Shown here: positions 61,885 through 64,000 of the stretch, in pieces
How positions within the stretch are numbered: the first letter of the stretch is position 1
How the letters are laid out: every line of letters begins with the position of its first letter
Assembly (NCBI RefSeq): GCF_041686455.1
Contig: NZ_JAWLDW010000004.1
Location: 64 to 64,063 of the forward strand
DNA: 64,000 nt
Direction of reading: 5' to 3'
Source of the DNA: Rhodohalobacter sp.
GTDB taxonomy: Bacteria; Bacteroidota; Rhodothermia; Balneolales; Balneolaceae
Notes under the pieces: model-generated
What the model was told of the DNA's origin: nothing
What the model saw: the letters and a program-made list of their open reading frames with translations, nothing else
Databases searched by the model: none
Made by a program: the position numbers and the translations under genes

Positions 61885-63033
61885 ATGGCATACCGATTTC
61901 AAAAGATTGATTCAAAAAAAGAGATCGATCTCTTTCATGAATTCCCCTTTTCTATTTACAGAGACTATCCCAAATGGATACCGCCGTTTCGATTTGAAGT
62001 TGAAAATGTTTTTAACTCCGAGAAGAACTCCTTTTTTGATGGGGGAATTTGTGAGCGCTATTTGATGTATCAGAGGGAGAAATTGGTTGCACGATTTGCC
62101 TTGATGAATCACCCTGAAAAGGATACTGCGCTATCTCCAAAAATGGGCGGGTTGGGTTTTCTGGAGATGATTGATGACCAATCTGTTGCGGATGAAGTTA
62201 TTCGATTTGCTAAGATGTGGCATAAAAAACATAATTACTCTGCTTTTCGCGGGCCGGTCAATTTTGGGCAGAATATGAATTACTGGGGGCTTTTGGTAGA
62301 GAACTTTGACGAGCCGCCTATTTATGGAATGCTTTATCACCCGCCATATTATAAAAAGCTGATTGAAAATACTGGTGCTGAAAAGCTGGACGATCACTGG
62401 AGTTATAAGCGGGATTTTGCTGAGCCTATCCCCGAAAGAATGGTTCGTATTACGGACCGAATTGAGAGCCGGCCTGATGTGAGTACGCGTCCTATTGATA
62501 TGAAAAATCTAAAAACAGATGCGGAATCAATTCGAATAATTTACAATCAGGCGTGGCGCCATCAGGATATCTCAGAGCGGGAGGATGAGTTTACGGAGCT
62601 GACCAGTGAAGCAACTCAACAGATGGTTCAGGATTTGAAAAGAATCATGATTCCGGAGAGTATCCAGCTTGCATTTGTGAATGGAGAGCCGGCTTCATTT
62701 TCAGTTTCCATTCCGGATCTGAATGAAATTTCTGCCGAAACGGGAGGTAAACTGAATTGGTGGCATATTCCGAAACTGATGCGTTTTAAGCACAGGGTTA
62801 TGCATCTTAGAACAATGGTTTTTGGAACACTTCCAAAGTATCGAAAGCTTGGTTTAGAAGCCCTGGTGTTTGTTCGGGGTATTCAGATGACACATCAGGC
62901 GGCGCCAACACTTGAGTACCTGGAGGGGGCGTGGGTCAGCGAAAAGAATTGGCTGATGCAGCGAAGCCTGGAAGCGCTGGGGTGTGTACATCACAAAACC
63001 CATCGAACATATCGTTGGGATGTTGACAATTAA
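61885..63033 (+). CDS. YghO-like tandem GNAT protein (family includes bacterial ceramide synthase)
   Basis: FP..IY.D.P.WIPP, GF.E.IDD..VA, RGP, GLLVE.FD.PP...M.YHPPYY, P.YRKLGL, SWV-like AWVSE.N..M, Y.TY-like HRTY. Confidence 0.7.
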   Translation: MAYRFQKIDSKKEIDLFHEFPFSIYRDYPKWIPPFRFEVENVFNSEKNSFFDGGICERYLMYQREKLVARFALMNHPEKDTALSPKMGGLGFLEMIDDQSVADEVIRFAKMWHKKHNYSAFRGPVNFGQNMNYWGLLVENFDEPPIYGMLYHPPYYKKLIENTGAEKLDDHWSYKRDFAEPIPERMVRITDRIESRPDVSTRPIDMKNLKTDAESIRIIYNQAWRHQDISEREDEFTELTSEATQQMVQDLKRIMIPESIQLAFVNGEPASFSVSIPDLNEISAETGGKLNWWHIPKLMRFKHRVMHLRTMVFGTLPKYRKLGLEALVFVRGIQMTHQAAPTLEYLEGAWVSEKNWLMQRSLEALGCVHHKTHRTYRWDVDN

Positions 63034-63034
63034 A

Positions 63035-63652
63035 AGACCTGTCAGCACCCACCGGATCTGGCAGCGTCTGATTTTCTCGCAGATTTGCGCGGATTACTGC
63101 GCTGAGTTTCGCAGAAATATTTGTTGAGCACCTTTGTGTTTTCCGTGCTTCCGTGGCAAAATAAACGCTATGGCCAAAAAGGTACGAGGACCCGAAGTTT
63201 CACCAAGAGTATAGTTAAATAATGTGAGTTCGATATAAAATGAATGTAAAGGTATTGAAAAAGTCCCCTCCTTTTTCAAGGAGGGGCTCCGAGCGAAGCG
63301 ATTCCCACGAAGTGATATAGGGGTGGTTAAAACCACTATCAGATTAGGTTTGAAGCCTTTATTCATCAAGGCTACCTCCCCCATGCCCTCCTTACACCCC
63401 GACGTTTCGTGGGCAGGCAGGAGTGGAGAATCATATTCAAGATACTTATGTCGAACTCACGTTAAAAATGAAAAGCCTCAAATTGTGAGGCTTAATATAT
63501 TAGCCGGTCATTCATGACCGGGCTTCATCTATTTCTCGCGGGGATAAATCCCGCGCTCGTGTGTTAAACCCATGAATGGGTTTTGTGGAGTTGGTGATTT
63601 TTTTAAAACGTGTTTGAGACGCTGCCAGGTCCTGTCGGACGCTTGCAGGTCG
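63035..63652. repeat. intergenic mosaic of REP-like palindromes bounded by an inverted pair
   Basis: CTGGCAGCGTCT (63058-63069) versus AGACGCTGCCAG (63617-63628); internal CCCCTCCTT-TTTC-AAGGAGGGG, CCGGTCA-TTCA-TGACCGG and AAACCCA-TGAA-TGGGTTT. Confidence 0.7.
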
Positions 63653-63653
63653 T

Positions 63654-64000
63654 TTAATTCACTTTATTTTCAATAATCTTCTCAAGCCTCGCCGCGATGA
63701 TCATTGGAAATTTTGAGGTAAGGAAAATTGGATTTTTCCTCCCGGAAATGGTGATTTCAATCGTGTTTGCTTCCAGGTCTGTAATTACATCCAAAACTTT
63801 ATTGAGGCGATACTCCTTTGAACCTGATCCGAATATAATAAACCTCCGATCTGTAATAACCAACGTACCTTCAATTTGGATATCATATCCCAGCTTTCTG
63901 TATTGAATCCGTTTGTGCTGAAAACGATCCTGAACACGTTCTTCAAGCAATCGAACATCTTCAAAAACCGCATAACAGTGTTCACCTCTGACCAAAGGAA
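63654..64000 (-). CDS. 3' end of a CDS truncated by the window edge; C-terminal PH-like domain
   Basis: Frame open to base 64000; EGTLVITDRRFIIFG...EYRLNKV resembles the bacterial PH-fold pattern G.L.IT..R..F. Confidence 0.55.
   Translation of the reverse strand, partial: PLVRGEHCYAVFEDVRLLEERVQDRFQHKRIQYRKLGYDIQIEGTLVITDRRFIIFGSGSKEYRLNKVLDVITDLEANTIEITISGRKNPIFLTSKFPMIIAARLEKIIENKVN

Noticed and set aside
63094-63517. ORF-track calls 63094-63384 and 63323-63517
   Set aside because: They run through REP-like palindromes, and their sequences look like translations of repeats.

Overview
A gene-dense 64 kb chromosomal window. Protein style, A-rich start contexts without Shine-Dalgarno motifs and recurring TAnnTTT(G/A) boxes suggest an FCB-group aerobic heterotroph, probably Balneolota-like; this is inference, not a database result. 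Most genes are housekeeping: mutS2, aconitase, folE, cysS, yidD, xerD, ligA, ggt, menG/ubiE, fabZ, panB, surE and hemG. Main points of interest: (1) A 4.6 kb module at 35683-40303. A CbbR/CmpR-like LysR gene sits upstream of sbtA-sbtB (Na+/HCO3- uptake) and divergent from isocitrate dehydrogenase plus an LCIB-type beta-carbonic anhydrase. It looks like a carbon-concentrating module wired to IDH, with no Rubisco in the window. (2) An NDQ-motif Na+-pumping rhodopsin that could energise that symporter. (3) An HU-TM-LysM fusion translationally coupled to a free HU. (4) An unannotated 30-aa Tyr-containing leader ORF upstream of tyrosine phenol-lyase. (5) A membrane HisKA_2 kinase lacking its phospho-acceptor His. 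(6) REP/REPIN-like palindrome mosaics in three intergenic gaps. No tRNA, rRNA, CRISPR array or transposase was seen. All family calls come from motifs recognised by eye; no searches were run.
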